From assembly GCA_964016885.1 (NCBI GenBank), contig OZ024753.1, positions 21,576,001-21,640,000 of the forward strand: DNA of 64,000 nt, written 5' to 3'. The DNA comes from Eledone cirrhosa (taxonomy: Eukaryota). The translations under genes were made by a program, and so were the position numbers. Every line of letters begins with the position of its first letter. The first letter of the stretch is position 1. The notes below the pieces were generated by a model. The model saw nothing but the letters and a program-made list of their open reading frames with translations, searched no databases and was not told the DNA's origin. Shown here piece by piece: positions 32,289-44,640 of the stretch.

Positions 32289-32753
32289 CTATGTTTTATA
32301 GTGCATGGACTGTAGACACAATATATATAGACTTTACAGTCTATACTATGTATTATAGTGTATGGACTGTAGATACAATATATATAGACTCTACAGTCCA
32401 TACTATGTATTATAGTATATGGACTGTAGACACAACACATATAGATTCTACAGTCTATACTATGTATTATAGTGTATGGACTGTAGACATTATATATATA
32501 GACTCTACAGTCTATACTATGTATTATAGTGTATGGACTGTAGACCCAATATGTATAGACCCTACAATCTATACTATGTATTGTAGTGTATGGACTGTAG
32601 ACACAATATATAACCTCTACAGTCTATACTATGTATTGTAGTGTATGTACTGTAGACACAATATATAGACCCTACAGTCTATACTATGTATTGTAGTGTA
32701 TGGGCTGTAGACACAATATATAGACTACAGTCTATACTATGTATTATAGTGTA

Positions 32754-32934
32754 ATAGGGTGCTGGATTGGCAGTATCGGTAGACCATGCTTTGACGCAAT
32801 GAGTTACGGCCCTTGCCATTCTGAGTTCAAATCCCGCCGAGGTTAAGTTTGCCTTTCATCCTTACGGGGTCGATAAAATAAAGTACCAGTAATACACTGG
32901 ATAATTGCTGGCCTTGTGCCAAAAGTAGAAACAA
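32754..32934 (+). mobile_element. tRNA-derived SINE in satellite, copy 5
   Basis: Same variant as copy 4, offset 646 bp. Confidence 0.9.
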
Positions 32935-33507
32935 CTATGTTTTATAGTGCATGGACTGTAGACACAATATATATAGACTCTACAGTCTATAATATGTATT
33001 ATGGTGTATGGACTGTAGATACAATATATAACCTCTACAGTCTATTCTATGTATTGTAGTGTGTGGACTGTAGACAATATATATAGACCCTACAGTCTAT
33101 ACTATGTATTGTAGTGTATGGACTGTAGACACACAACAGTTAGCTCATGATACAACACAATTCTAAATTTAAATTTGTTAAGAACTTTTGCTTTATTTCC
33201 TTATCTCTAAGTATCAGATGTGATAATTGTATGAAATTATGTTGAAATAAGTTTTGTATGGTTGTTTCAACAGCAGATGTTTTTATCGAGGTATATAATT
33301 GAAAGTTACTCATTGAATTATAAGTGATGACTAAATATTTTACGAAAGCATTGAGATACTGAATTGATTGTCAGAATAAGTTAGGAAAATTAATTGCTAC
33401 TCCTGAAGAAGGAATTTCTTCCGGAATTCTGGAGTGTGTAGCAAGAGATATTGTCTACATATACTTTAGAAAGTAAACCTCACATAGTTGTAAAGTTTAA
33501 ATGGTAA

Positions 33508-34425
33508 TCATCATCATCATCATCACCATCATTGTTTAATTTCTGTTGTTTCACACTTGCATGGGTTGGAAGAGTCCTATTGTCTACATATACTTTAGAA
33601 AGAAAGCCTCATTACAAAGTTATAAAGTTGAAATGGCAATCATCATTATTTTATGTCCTTTGTTCCATGCTTGGATGGGTTGGCCAAGTATTTTTCAGTA
33701 CAGCACTCTCACTTGTTACATTCCTTTGTTATCTCCTCCATGAGTTTTAGTAGTCTGAGATCAGCTCTTACCACTTTCATCCAGGTCTTCCTTGGTCTTC
33801 CTCTACTGTGGCTTCCTTCCATTGGGATTTACTTGGCACTTCTTCAACCAGTCATCAAGAAATCTAGTTAAATATTTACATCATCATCATCATCGTTTTA
33901 ACGTCTGCTTTCTTTGCTAGCAAGGGTTGGATGGGTTTATAGGGACAGACCAAAGCAATACTGAAGCAGCGCTACTGATCTCCCAGACAGGCCAGGGATC
34001 TGTGTCCTGCTTATGTACAGTTTCACATTCTTCCAAGTGACAGGAGAGGTTGTCATGACTTTGACACAACTGTGTGTCCTCCCAACCCTCTGTTTGCCAA
34101 GCTTTCTATAGCTGGATGCCCTTTGTATCACCAACCACTGAGCAGTTGCCCTTCCTATCACCAACCACTGAGCAGTTGCCCTTCCTATCACCAACCACTG
34201 TCTCGTTGCCCTTCCTATCACCAACCACTGTGCAGTTGCCCTTCCTATCACCAACCACTGTGCAGTTGCCCTTCCTATCACCAACCACTGTGCAGCGTGA
34301 ACTAGATGCATCTATCGTGTAGGTCACCAAATACTAGGGAGGCTGTAATATTCTTGACATGCCTAAAGAGCCCTCTTGACTCTTTGTTTGGCAAGCTTTC
34401 TATGGCTGGTTGCCCTTCCTATCAT
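33508..34425 (-). mobile_element. Cluster of degenerate RTE-type 3' fragments
   Basis: Several (CAT)n tails followed by cttgcatgggttgga / gctagcaagggttggatgg; 33640-33855 matches the RTE-A 3' end. Confidence 0.65.
34111..34295. repeat. 30-bp minisatellite (gcagttgcccttcctatcaccaaccactgW), ~6 copies
   Basis: Seen directly; unit matches the RTE 3'UTR motif at 5211-5240. Confidence 0.92.
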
Positions 34426-34868
34426 AACGTTTTATAGTTAGAGACATATTTGATTTTAATACTTCACCAATTAGCAAACTAATATTGCAATTTTACTAAT
34501 ATTTATCAGTGATTATATTGTTTTAAAACTGTTTTAAATGCTGACAGTAGTTATTCTACTTGTCTGTAATCTTATATAAATATATTAGCATCTACTAGAA
34601 ACACTATCTTAATATATAAGCTGTCTTAGATGCAAATATAGTCTTTCTTTATACACATCATCATATATTGTCTTCTACGTTCTTTCTGCTGGGACCACAA
34701 GGCTGACTAACCCTTAAACTGTGAGGATTGACTTAGACGACTATGGACAAATCAACACACACACACACACACATACTTTAAAAGAATAACAACACCAACA
34801 ACACAACCACCAATAACACCAATACAAAATACACAGATAATACTTTATCTATGTATAAACCTAGATAT

Positions 34869-37800
34869 TAATACAGCCACAGTTATCAGCTATACCAATA
34901 CAGCCACAGTTATCAGCTATACCAATACAGCCACAGTTATCAGCTATACCAATATAGCCACAGTTATCAGCTATACCAATATAGCCACAGTTATCAGCTA
35001 TACCAATATAGCCATAGTTATCAGCTATACCAATATAGCCACAGTTATCAGCTATACCAATATAGCCACAGTTATCAGCTATACCAATACAGCCATAGTT
35101 ATCAGCTATACCAATATAACCACAGTTATCAGCTATACCAATACAGCCATAGTTATCAGCTATACCAATATAACCACAGTTATCAGCTATACCAATATAG
35201 CCACAGTTATCAGCTATACCAATATAGCCATAGTTATCAGCTATACCAATATAACCACAGTTATCAGCTATACCAATACAGCCACAGTTATCAGCTATAC
35301 CAATACTGCCACAGTTATCAGCTATACCAATACAGCCACAGTTATCAGCTATACCAATACAGCCACAGTTATCACCTACACCAATACAGCCACAGTTATC
35401 AGCTATACCAATACAGCCACAGTTATCACCTACACCAATACAGCCACAGTTATCAGCTATACCAATATAGCCACAGTTATCAGCTATACCAATAGAGCAT
35501 TAGTTATCAGCTATAGCAATACAGCCACAGTTATCAGCTATACCAATATAGCCACAGTTATCAGCTATACCAATATAGCCACAGTTATCACCTATACCAA
35601 TACAGCCACAGCTATACCAATACAGCCACAGCTATACCAATACAGCCACAGTTATCAGCTATACCAATATAGCCACAGTTATCAGCTATACCAATACAGC
35701 CACAGTTATCACCTATACCAACACAGCCACAGTTATCACCTATACCAATACAGCCACAGCTATACCAATACAGCCACAGTTATCAGCTATACCAATATAG
35801 CCACAGTTATCAGCTATACCAATACAGCCACAGTTATCAGCTATACCAATATAGCCACAGTTATCAGCTATACCAATATAGCCACAGTTATCAGCTATAC
35901 CAATATAGCCATAGTTATCAGCTATACCAATACAGCCACAGTTATCAGCTATACCAATACAGCCACAGTTATCAGCTATACCAATATAGCCAGAGTTATC
36001 AGCTATACCAATACAGCCACAGTTATCAGCTATACCAATACAGCCACAGTTATCAGCTATACCAATACAGCCACACTTATCAGCTATACCAATACAGCCA
36101 CAGTTATCAGCTATACCAATACAGCCACAGTTATCAGCTATACTGATATAGCCACAGTTATCAGCTATACCAATACAGCCACAGCTATACCAATACAGCC
36201 ACAGTTATCAGCTATACCAATACAGCCACAGTTATCAGCTATACCAATACAACAACAGTTATCAGCTATACCAATATAGCCACAGTTATCAGTTATACCA
36301 ATACAGCCACAGTTATCAGCTATACCAATACAGCCACAGCTATACCAATATAGCCACAGTTATCAGTTATACCAATACAGCCACAGTTATCAGCTATACC
36401 AATACAGCCAGTTATCAGCTATACCAATATAGCCACAGTTATCAGCTATACCAATATAGCCACAGTTATCAACTATACCAATATAGCCACAGTTATCAGC
36501 TATACCAATACAGCCACAGCTATACCAATACAGCCACAGTTATCAGCTATACCAATATAGCCACAGTTATCAGCTATACCAATACAGCCACACTTATCAG
36601 CTATACCAATATAGCCACAGTTATCAGTTATACCAATATAGCCACAGTTATCAGCTATACCAATATAGCCACAGTTATCAGCTATACCAATATAGCCACA
36701 GTTATCAGCTATACCAATATAGCCACAGTTATCAACTATACCAATATAGCCACAGTTATCAGCTATACCAATACAGCCACAGCTATACCAATACAGCCAC
36801 AGTTATCAGCTATACCAATATAGCCACAGTTATCAGCTATACCAATACAGCCACAGTTATCAGCTATACCAATATAGCCACAGTTATCAGTTATACCAAT
36901 ATAGCCACAGTTATCAGCTATACCAATACAGCCATAGTTATCAGCTATACCAATACAGCCACACTTATCAGCTATACCAATATAGCCACAGTTATCAGCT
37001 ATACCAATATAGCCACAGTTATCAGCTATACCAATACAGCCAGTTATCAGTTATACCAATATAGCCACAGTTATCAGCTATACCAATACAGCCACAGCTA
37101 TACCAATACAGCCAGTTATCAGCTATACTAATACAGCCACAGTTATCAGTTATACCAATACAGCCACACTTATCAGCTATACCAATATAGCCACAGTTAT
37201 CAGCTATACCAATATAGCCACAGTTATCAGCTATACCAATACAGCCAGTTATCAGTTATACCAATATAGCCACAGTTATCAGCTATACCAATACAGCCAC
37301 AGCTATACCAATACAGCCAGTTATCAGCTATACTAATACAGCCACAGTTATCAGTTATACCAATATAGCCACAGTTATCAGCTATACCAATATAGCCACA
37401 GTTATCAGCTATACCAATATAGCCACAGTTATCAGCTATACCAGTATAGCCACAGTTATCAGCTATACCAATATAGCCACAGTTATCAGCTATACCAATA
37501 CAGCCACAGCTATACCAATACAGCCACAGTTATCAGCTATACCAATACAGCCACAGTTATCAGCTATACCAATACAGCCAGTTATCAGCTATACCAATAC
37601 AGCCACAGTTATCAGTTATACCAATATAGCCACAGTTATCAGCTATACCAATATAGCCACAGTTATCGGCTATACCAATATAGCCACAGTTATCAGTTAT
37701 ACCAATATAGCCACAGTTATCAGCTATACCAATACAGCCAGTTATCAGCTATACCAATATAGCCACAGTTATCGGCTATACCAATATAGCCATAGTTATC

Positions 37801-39737
37801 AGCTATACCAATATAGCCACAGTTATCAGCTATACCAATACAGCCAGTTATCAGTTATACCAATACAGCCACAGTTATCAGCTATACCAATATAGCCACA
37901 GTTATCAGCTATACCAATATAGCCACAGTTATCAGCTATACCAATATAGCCACAGTTATCAGTTATACCAATACAGCCACAGTTATCAGCTATACCAATA
38001 CAGCCACAGTTATCAGCTATACCAATACAGCCACAGTTATCAGCTATACCAATACAGCCAGTTATCAGCTATACCAATACAGCCACAGTTATCAGTTATA
38101 CCAATATAGCCACAGTTATCAGCTATACCAATACAGCCACAGTTATCAGCTATACCAATATAGCCACAGTTATCAACTATACCAATATAGCCACAGTTAT
38201 CAGCTATACCAATACAGCCACAGCTATACCAATACAGCCACAGTTATCAGCTATACCAATACAGCCAGTTATCAGCTATACCAATATAGCCACAGTTATC
38301 AGCTATACCAATATAGCCACAGTTATCAGCTATACCAATACAGCCATAGTTATCAGCTATACCAATATAGCCACAGTTATCAGCTATACCAATACAGCCA
38401 CAGTTATCAGCTATACCAATATAGCCACAGTTATCAGCTATACCAATACAGCCATAGTTATCAGCTATACCAATATAGCCACAGTTATCAGCTATACCAA
38501 TACAGCCACAGTTATCAGCTATACCAATACAGCCACAGTTATCAGCTATACCAATATAGCCACAGTTATCAGCTATACCAATACAGCCACACTTATCAGC
38601 TATACCAATACAGCCATAGTTATCAGCTATACCAATATAGCCACAGTTATCAGTTATACCAATACAGCCACAGTTATCAGCTATACCAATACAGCCACAG
38701 TTATCAGCTATACCAATATAGCCACAGTTATCAGCTATACCAATACAGCCACACTTATCAGCTATACCAATACAGCCATAGTTATCAGCTATACCAATAT
38801 AGCCACAGTTATCAGTTATACCAATACAGCCACAGTTATCAGCTATACCAATACAGCCACAGTTATCAGCTATACCAATACAGCCACAGTTATCAGCTAT
38901 ACCAATACAGCCACAGTTATCAGCTATACCAATACAGCCACAATTATCAGCTATACCAATACAGCCACAGTTATCAGCTATACCAATATAGCCACAGTTA
39001 TCAGCGATACCAATACAGCCACAGTTATCAGCTATACCAATACAGCCACAGTTATCAGCTATACCAATACAGCCACAGTTATCAGCTATACCAATACAGC
39101 CATAGTTATCAGCTATACCAATACAGCCACAGTTATCAGCTATACCAATACAGCCATAGTTATCAGCTATACCAATACAGCCACAGTTATCAGCTATACC
39201 AATATAGCCACAGTTATCAGCTATACCAATATAGCCATAGTTATCAGCTATACCAATACAGCCACAGTTATCAGCTATACGAATATAGCCATAGTTATCA
39301 GCCATACCAATACAGCCACAGTTATCACCTATACCAATACAGCCACAGTTATCAGCTATACCAATACAGCCACAGTTATCAGCTATACCAATACAGCCAT
39401 AGTTATCAGCTATACCAATATAGCCATAGTTATCAGCTAAACCAATACAGCCACAGTTATCAGCTATACCAATATAGCCATAGTTATCAGCTATACCAAT
39501 ACAGCCACAGTTATCACCTATACCAATACAGCCACAGTTATCAGCTATACCAATACAGCCACAGTTATCAGCTATACCAATACAACCACAGTTATCAGCT
39601 ATACAAATACTGCCACAGTTATCAGGTATACCAATACTGCCACAGTTATCAGCTATACCAATACAGCCACAGTTATCAGCTATACCAATACAGCCACAGT
39701 TATCACCTATACCAATACAGCCACAGTTATCAGCCAT
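34869..39737. repeat. 27-bp satellite (ataccaataYagccacagttatcagct), ~180 copies
   Basis: Seen directly; 18-bp and 25-bp deletion variants in the left and central parts. Confidence 0.98.
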
Positions 39738-39794
39738 ATTTCCATTTACAACTGCACTCAATTTCATTAAATGAATTTTATTTTTGTTATTTTT

Positions 39795-40165
39795 CCACCA
39801 AGTTTAGCTTTGCCTTTCATCCTGACGGGGCTGATAAAATAAAGTACCAGTAACAAACCGGGGTCAATTTAATCAACCCCGCCTCGCCCTGGAAAAAAAA
39901 ACGTTGGTCTTGTATCTAAATCAGAAACGACATTAGTAGCCATCAATTCTGGTGGCTTGTCAGTCTCGGTAAAGTGTAGGACAACATGCTTTGCAGCATA
40001 GAGTTATGGCCCTTTATGTTCTGAGTTCTAATCCTTTAGACGTTAGCTTTGCCTTTCATCGGGGTCGATAAAAGAAACTACCAGTAACACACTGGGGTCG
40101 ATTTAATAGACTTTCCCGTCCCCTTCAAATTGCTGGCCTTGTGTCTAAAGTAGAAACAATTATTT
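39795..40165 (+). mobile_element. Two adjacent tRNA-derived SINE copies (partial and near full-length)
   Basis: Core tttgcctttcatc...gataaaataaagtaccag occurs twice; 3' gctggccttgtg...gtagaaacaattatt. Confidence 0.8.
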
Positions 40166-40464
40166 CAGTAGCTATCTATTGTTATTGAATGCTTTGATGA
40201 CATATCTCAACTGTGAGTAATTGCAGTGTTTCTCCTTTTATTGTATTCACATATCTCTAATGTTTAGTAGCTCTATTCTCGCTATCTATGTAACTATTGC
40301 TATTTTCATTATATATTTTGGTTATTTTATCCATATCTTCCTGTCATTCCTCTGGCACCTATTGTTATAGAGATTCTATCTGTTACTTTCTTCATGTCTT
40401 TAATTCCAAAATATAACTAGATATGATTATTTTAGAGTTGTACATGTTTAGTATGAGTAAATGG

Positions 40465-41700
40465 TTTGATCTGAGGAGTGTTGTGTTGAGCTGAGGTGTG
40501 TTGTGTTGAGCTGGGGTGTGTTGTATTGAGCTGAGGTGTGTTGTGTTGAGCTGAGATGTGTTGTCTTGAGCTGGGGTGTGTTGTGTTGAGCTGAGGAGTG
40601 TTGATCTGGGATGTGTTGTGTTGAGCTGCGGTGTGTTGTGTTGAGCTGAGGAGTGTTGATCTGGGGTGTGTTGTGTTGATCTGAGGTGTGTTGTGTTGAG
40701 GTGGGGTGTGTTGATCTGAGGTGTGTTTTGTTGATCTGAGGTGTGTTGTGTTGAGCTGAGGTGTGTTGTGTTGAGCTGGGGTGTGTTGTGTTGAGCTGGG
40801 GTGTGTTGTGTTGAGCTGAGATGTGTTGTGTTGATCTGGGGTGTGTTGTGTTGAGCTGAGGTGTGTTGATCTGGGGTGTGTTGTGTTCATCTGAGGTGTG
40901 TTGTGTTGAGCTGTGGTGTGTTGTGTTTATCTGAGGTGTATTGTGTTGAGCTGCGGTGTGTTGTGTTGAGCTGAGGAATGTTGATCTGGGGAGTCTTGTG
41001 TTGAGCTGGGGTGTGTTGTGTTGAGCTGGGGTATGTTGTGATGAGCTGAGCTGTGTTGTGTTTATCTGAGGTGTGTTGTGTTGAGCTGAGGTATGTGGTG
41101 TTGACCTGAGGTGTGTTGTGTTGAGCTGAGGTGTGTTGTCTTGAGCTGGGGTGTGTTGTGTTGTGTTGAGGTGTGTTGTGTTGAGCTGAGCTGTTTGTTT
41201 TGGGCTGGGGTGTGTTGTGTTGATCTGGGGTGTGTTGTGTTGGGCTGAGGTGTGTTGATCTGGGGTGTGTTGTGTTGAGCTGAGGTATGTTGTGTTGAGC
41301 TAGGGTGTGTTGTGTTGAGCTGAGGTGTGTTGTTTTGAGCTGAGGTGTGTTGTGTTGTGTTGAGCTGAGGTATGTTGATCTGAGGAGTGTTGATCTGTGT
41401 TGTGTTGATCTGTGGTGTGTTGATCTGAGGAGTGTTGATCTGTGTTGTGTTGATCTGTGGTGTGTTGATATGAGGAGTGTTGATCTGTGTTGTATTGATC
41501 TGTGGTGTGTTGATCTGACGTATGTTGATATGAGGTGTGTTGATTTGAGGTGTGTTGTGTTGATCTATGGTGTGTTGATCTGAGGTGTGTTGATCTTGGG
41601 TGTGTTGTGTTGATATGAGGTGTGTTGATCTGTGTTATATTGATCTGTGTTGTGTTGATCTGAGATATGTTGATCTGTGTTATATTGATCTGTGGTGTGT
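40465..41700. repeat. Degenerate GT-rich 15/20-bp minisatellite (gtgttgtgttgaKctgRggt)
   Basis: Seen directly; built from 5-mer subunits. Confidence 0.93.
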
Positions 41701-42174
41701 ATTGTTGAAATGAAGACAATTACATTCCTAAAGAGATGTTTTAGCCATTTTAATAACATACAAAAAAAATGTAATACTCATTTTTTATTCTCAGCTCTGA
41801 GACCTGTAAAATTCTGTTATTAACATTTGCTGTGGTATTGTGTCAGTGTTTGAAGAGGTGCACTAGACAGGTGCAGAGGTGCACCAGAGAAGTGCAGTGT
41901 CAGTTACCAGATTGTAGAAGTGCCCCAGAAAGGTGCAGAGATGCACCAGGCAGTTGCAATTATGCACCACATATTTTTCCTCCTCCCCAAATAAATTGAA
42001 ATGGAACAGAACAATTTTGATGTGTTTTTATGGCAAAAGTGGCTTTTCCTTAGTTTCATTGCTATATTTCACTTATTCTTTTCAGAGATATACTGAAAGC
42101 CACAGGTTTGAGGGTCACTAAGAAGGTCACTTGCATGTACCTGGCATTGGGTTCTCTTCAACTATGTCATGGCT

Positions 42175-42385
42175 TTCATTCCTGGACTGGTTGTATGTTG
42201 TGTTCTTCAGCAAAACACTTCATTTCACATTGCTCCAGTATACTCAGCTGAAAATGAGTACCAGTAATAGCTGGGACTTTAACCCCGTGATCGACTTGTG
42301 TCCTGTCTTAGAGGAGTCTTGCACTCTCAGTCATGGGAACTGGAATAAGCACTGGTCTGATGAGCATCTGGGCTCGAGACACCCT
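42175..42385 (+). mobile_element. Degenerate second SINE family (CORE-like)
   Basis: agcaaaacacttcatttcacattgctccagt..actcagctg..aatgag, shared with 56575-56633. Confidence 0.6.
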
Positions 42386-42386
42386 T

Positions 42387-42438
<52 letters not shown>

Positions 42439-42482
42439 AAAAGTTGACAGGACTAGTATAAGTTTCCCTGCTATAGATATAC

Positions 42483-42682
42483 ATGAGGGTTGCCTGAAAA
42501 GTTCATAGCCTGACCAAGATACTCTCATGAAATGACCAAATGAGGTTTATTTTTCAATATAATCCCTAGAAAGAAACAATGCAATTATTAATAAGAAGAG
42601 TTGGAATTAATGTATACAAGATTTCCCAGCTCTAGCATCTCTCCTTCATAGTGAGCCTATGACCATTTCAGCTAAGCCTCAT
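42483..42682. mobile_element. mariner-like MITE relic
   Basis: 29-bp imperfect TIRs atgagggttgcctgaaaagttcatagcct / agcctatgaccatttcagctaagcctcat. Confidence 0.65.
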
Positions 42683-43789
42683 ATGTACCTAGTTTGGAGG
42701 TTCTACCCTACTATGTGACACTCAGGGCAAGTGACCTCTAGTATAGCATTTGTATGGTGTCACATAGTGGGACTGAAACCAAGAGATTGTAAAGAAAACT
42801 CCTTAACCACACAGCCATGACATCACCACCTTGTATAAGGAGTGCGAGACTGCATACGGTTTATAATCTTTTATCCCATTAGTAAAATAAGTTGGATTAC
42901 TTTGAATAAATAATGAATGAATATTACATAATTTATCTACTAAATTTTGTGGCTGTTGATTAAATATATTTTGTTTATTTAAAGATTCACTTCTTTAAAA
43001 TTTCTGAAATATCAACACTTTCGGTAGTGATCGCGTAAATAAACATACTAATTTTCTGTCACTAATTTTCTCATAATGCAGTTTATATATAATATCGTCT
43101 TTTTTAATGTATCATGCATTACGTTACTGATTACATAAGACAGTGTAACGTAGACTTCGTTCAATTTCTGTGTATATTGTCAATTACGATTTTATTTGAT
43201 GTATCATATCTACATGTATATATACCTGCATATAATATCAATATACACACTACACGTGCTAGCAGAAAACTACCCAAAGGGTTGTTTTTCTGCTAGTATT
43301 TTATAATGCTCTAAGAACCTTTTGGTGTTTTCTTCCATGCTGTCTCTGTTTATGCCTGTGTTTACCTCCAAACTTGGTTATATCAGTCGCTACATTCTGT
43401 GTTAGCTTACACTGAACAGTTGGAAACAATGTCATTATTAATTTCTCTATTTGTTTCACAGTTTTATATTTTGCAGTTACCTACTTTTGGTTTTTACCCA
43501 AGATGAAACACTCTGTGATCTCAGCTTTAAGACTTTTCCTTTATCTGATTTACCTGATTTTATCTTTATGGTTATCAATGGGTCTTTGTTCTTAGCTAGT
43601 GTTGTTTCAACAACTTGTTGTTGTCTTTTACACTTAGATTCTAGTTTTTCTTGTAATATTATGTTTCTATATTTATTGCAGCTGTTTGTTATATCCACTC
43701 AAACAGAAATTGGATTGTGTGTGTGTTTGTGTGAGTGTGTTTTATAAGCCATATATATTAGATTGATTTCATTCTCCAATAGAAAGCAT

Positions 43790-44150
43790 AATAATAATAA
43801 TAATAATAATAATTGTTTCTACTTTTGCCACAAGGCCAGCAATTACCCAATGCATTACTGGTACTTTATTTTATCGACCCCGTAAGGATGAAAGACAAAG
43901 TTAACTGTGGCGGGATTTGAACTTAGACCGTAAAGGGCCGTAACTCTATGTTGCAAAGCATGGTGTTCGACCCTCTACCGATACTGCCAATCCACAATGA
44001 TTTCTACTACAGGCACAAGGCCAAGAATTTTGGGGGAAAGGGAAAGTCGATTAAATTGATCCCAGTGCATGACTGGTACTTTGTTTAAGGATGTAAGGCG
44101 AAGCTAACTTCGGTGGGATTTGAAGTGAGGATGTAAAGGGCCATAACTCT
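43790..44150 (-). mobile_element. Two tandem tRNA-derived SINE copies on the minus strand
   Basis: Reverse complement of the 55331 SINE at 43811-43995 with (TTA)n tail; second partial copy at 43998-44150. Confidence 0.85.
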
Positions 44151-44213
44151 GTAGTTGTATGTGTATAATCACTGTTTACTATTGTTATTTTGATGATCAC
44201 ACCTGAATTATAG

Positions 44214-44313
44214 GAGCAGAATGAAGAAGCACACGTAGTATCAATGTTTTCACAGTCAAATGAAGCCACTCCTGACAATAACATCTTCTCTGGTTTCTCC
44301 TCACAAGCATCAG
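44214..44313 (+). CDS. Putative penultimate coding exon (EQNEEAHVVSMFSQSNEATPDNNIFSGFSSQAS)
   Basis: Acceptor ...gaattatag| and strong donor CAG|gtaaga; 100 nt, phase 0 start and phase 1 end, matching the next exon. Confidence 0.72.
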
Positions 44314-44339
44314 GTAAGAGATGGAAGGAGGTAAGGACG

Positions 44340-44478
44340 GATATATGTGTGTGTGGGGGTGTGTGGGTGTTAAATGGTGATGATATATATATATATATAT
44401 ATGTGTGTGTGCGTGTGTGGGTGTGGGTGTTAAATGGTGATGATATATATATATGTGGGTGTGTGTTAAATGGTGATG

Positions 44479-44509
<31 letters not shown>

Positions 44510-44640
44510 GGTGTGTGTGTTAAATGGTGATGATATATATATATATATGTGTGTGTGTGGGTGTGTGTGTGTTTAATGGTGATGATATATATGTGTGTAT
44601 GTCTGTGTGTATGTTAAATGGTGATGATATGTATATGTGC
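44340..44640. repeat. Minisatellite gtgttaaatggtgatga(ta)n(tg)n just after the exon donor
   Basis: About six copies of the ttaaatggtgatga core. Confidence 0.85.

Larger units (their letters stand above)
4445..33133. repeat. Large satellite of 55/57-bp monomers (gactctacagtctatactatgtattRtagtgtatggactgtagacacaatata[ta]ta), about 470 copies by length
   Basis: Seen directly; interrupted by one RTE fragment and five SINE copies; kb-scale internal duplications. Confidence 0.98.

Noticed and set aside
4445-33133. CRISPR-like array or MYYSVWTVDTIYIDSTVYT repeat protein
   Set aside because: Palindromic repeats have no unique spacers and no cas genes are present; ORFs arise only from runs of 57-bp monomers and are constantly frameshifted by 55-bp units
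40432-41759. Q/H/N/T-rich ORFs
   Set aside because: Products of the GT-rich pentamer-based minisatellite
43451-43747. Possible extra exon (+) or K-rich ORF (minus, 43477-43698)
   Set aside because: The + strand acceptors give a stop in the required phase 0; the minus ORF has a donor-like end but no recognisable homology or partner exons
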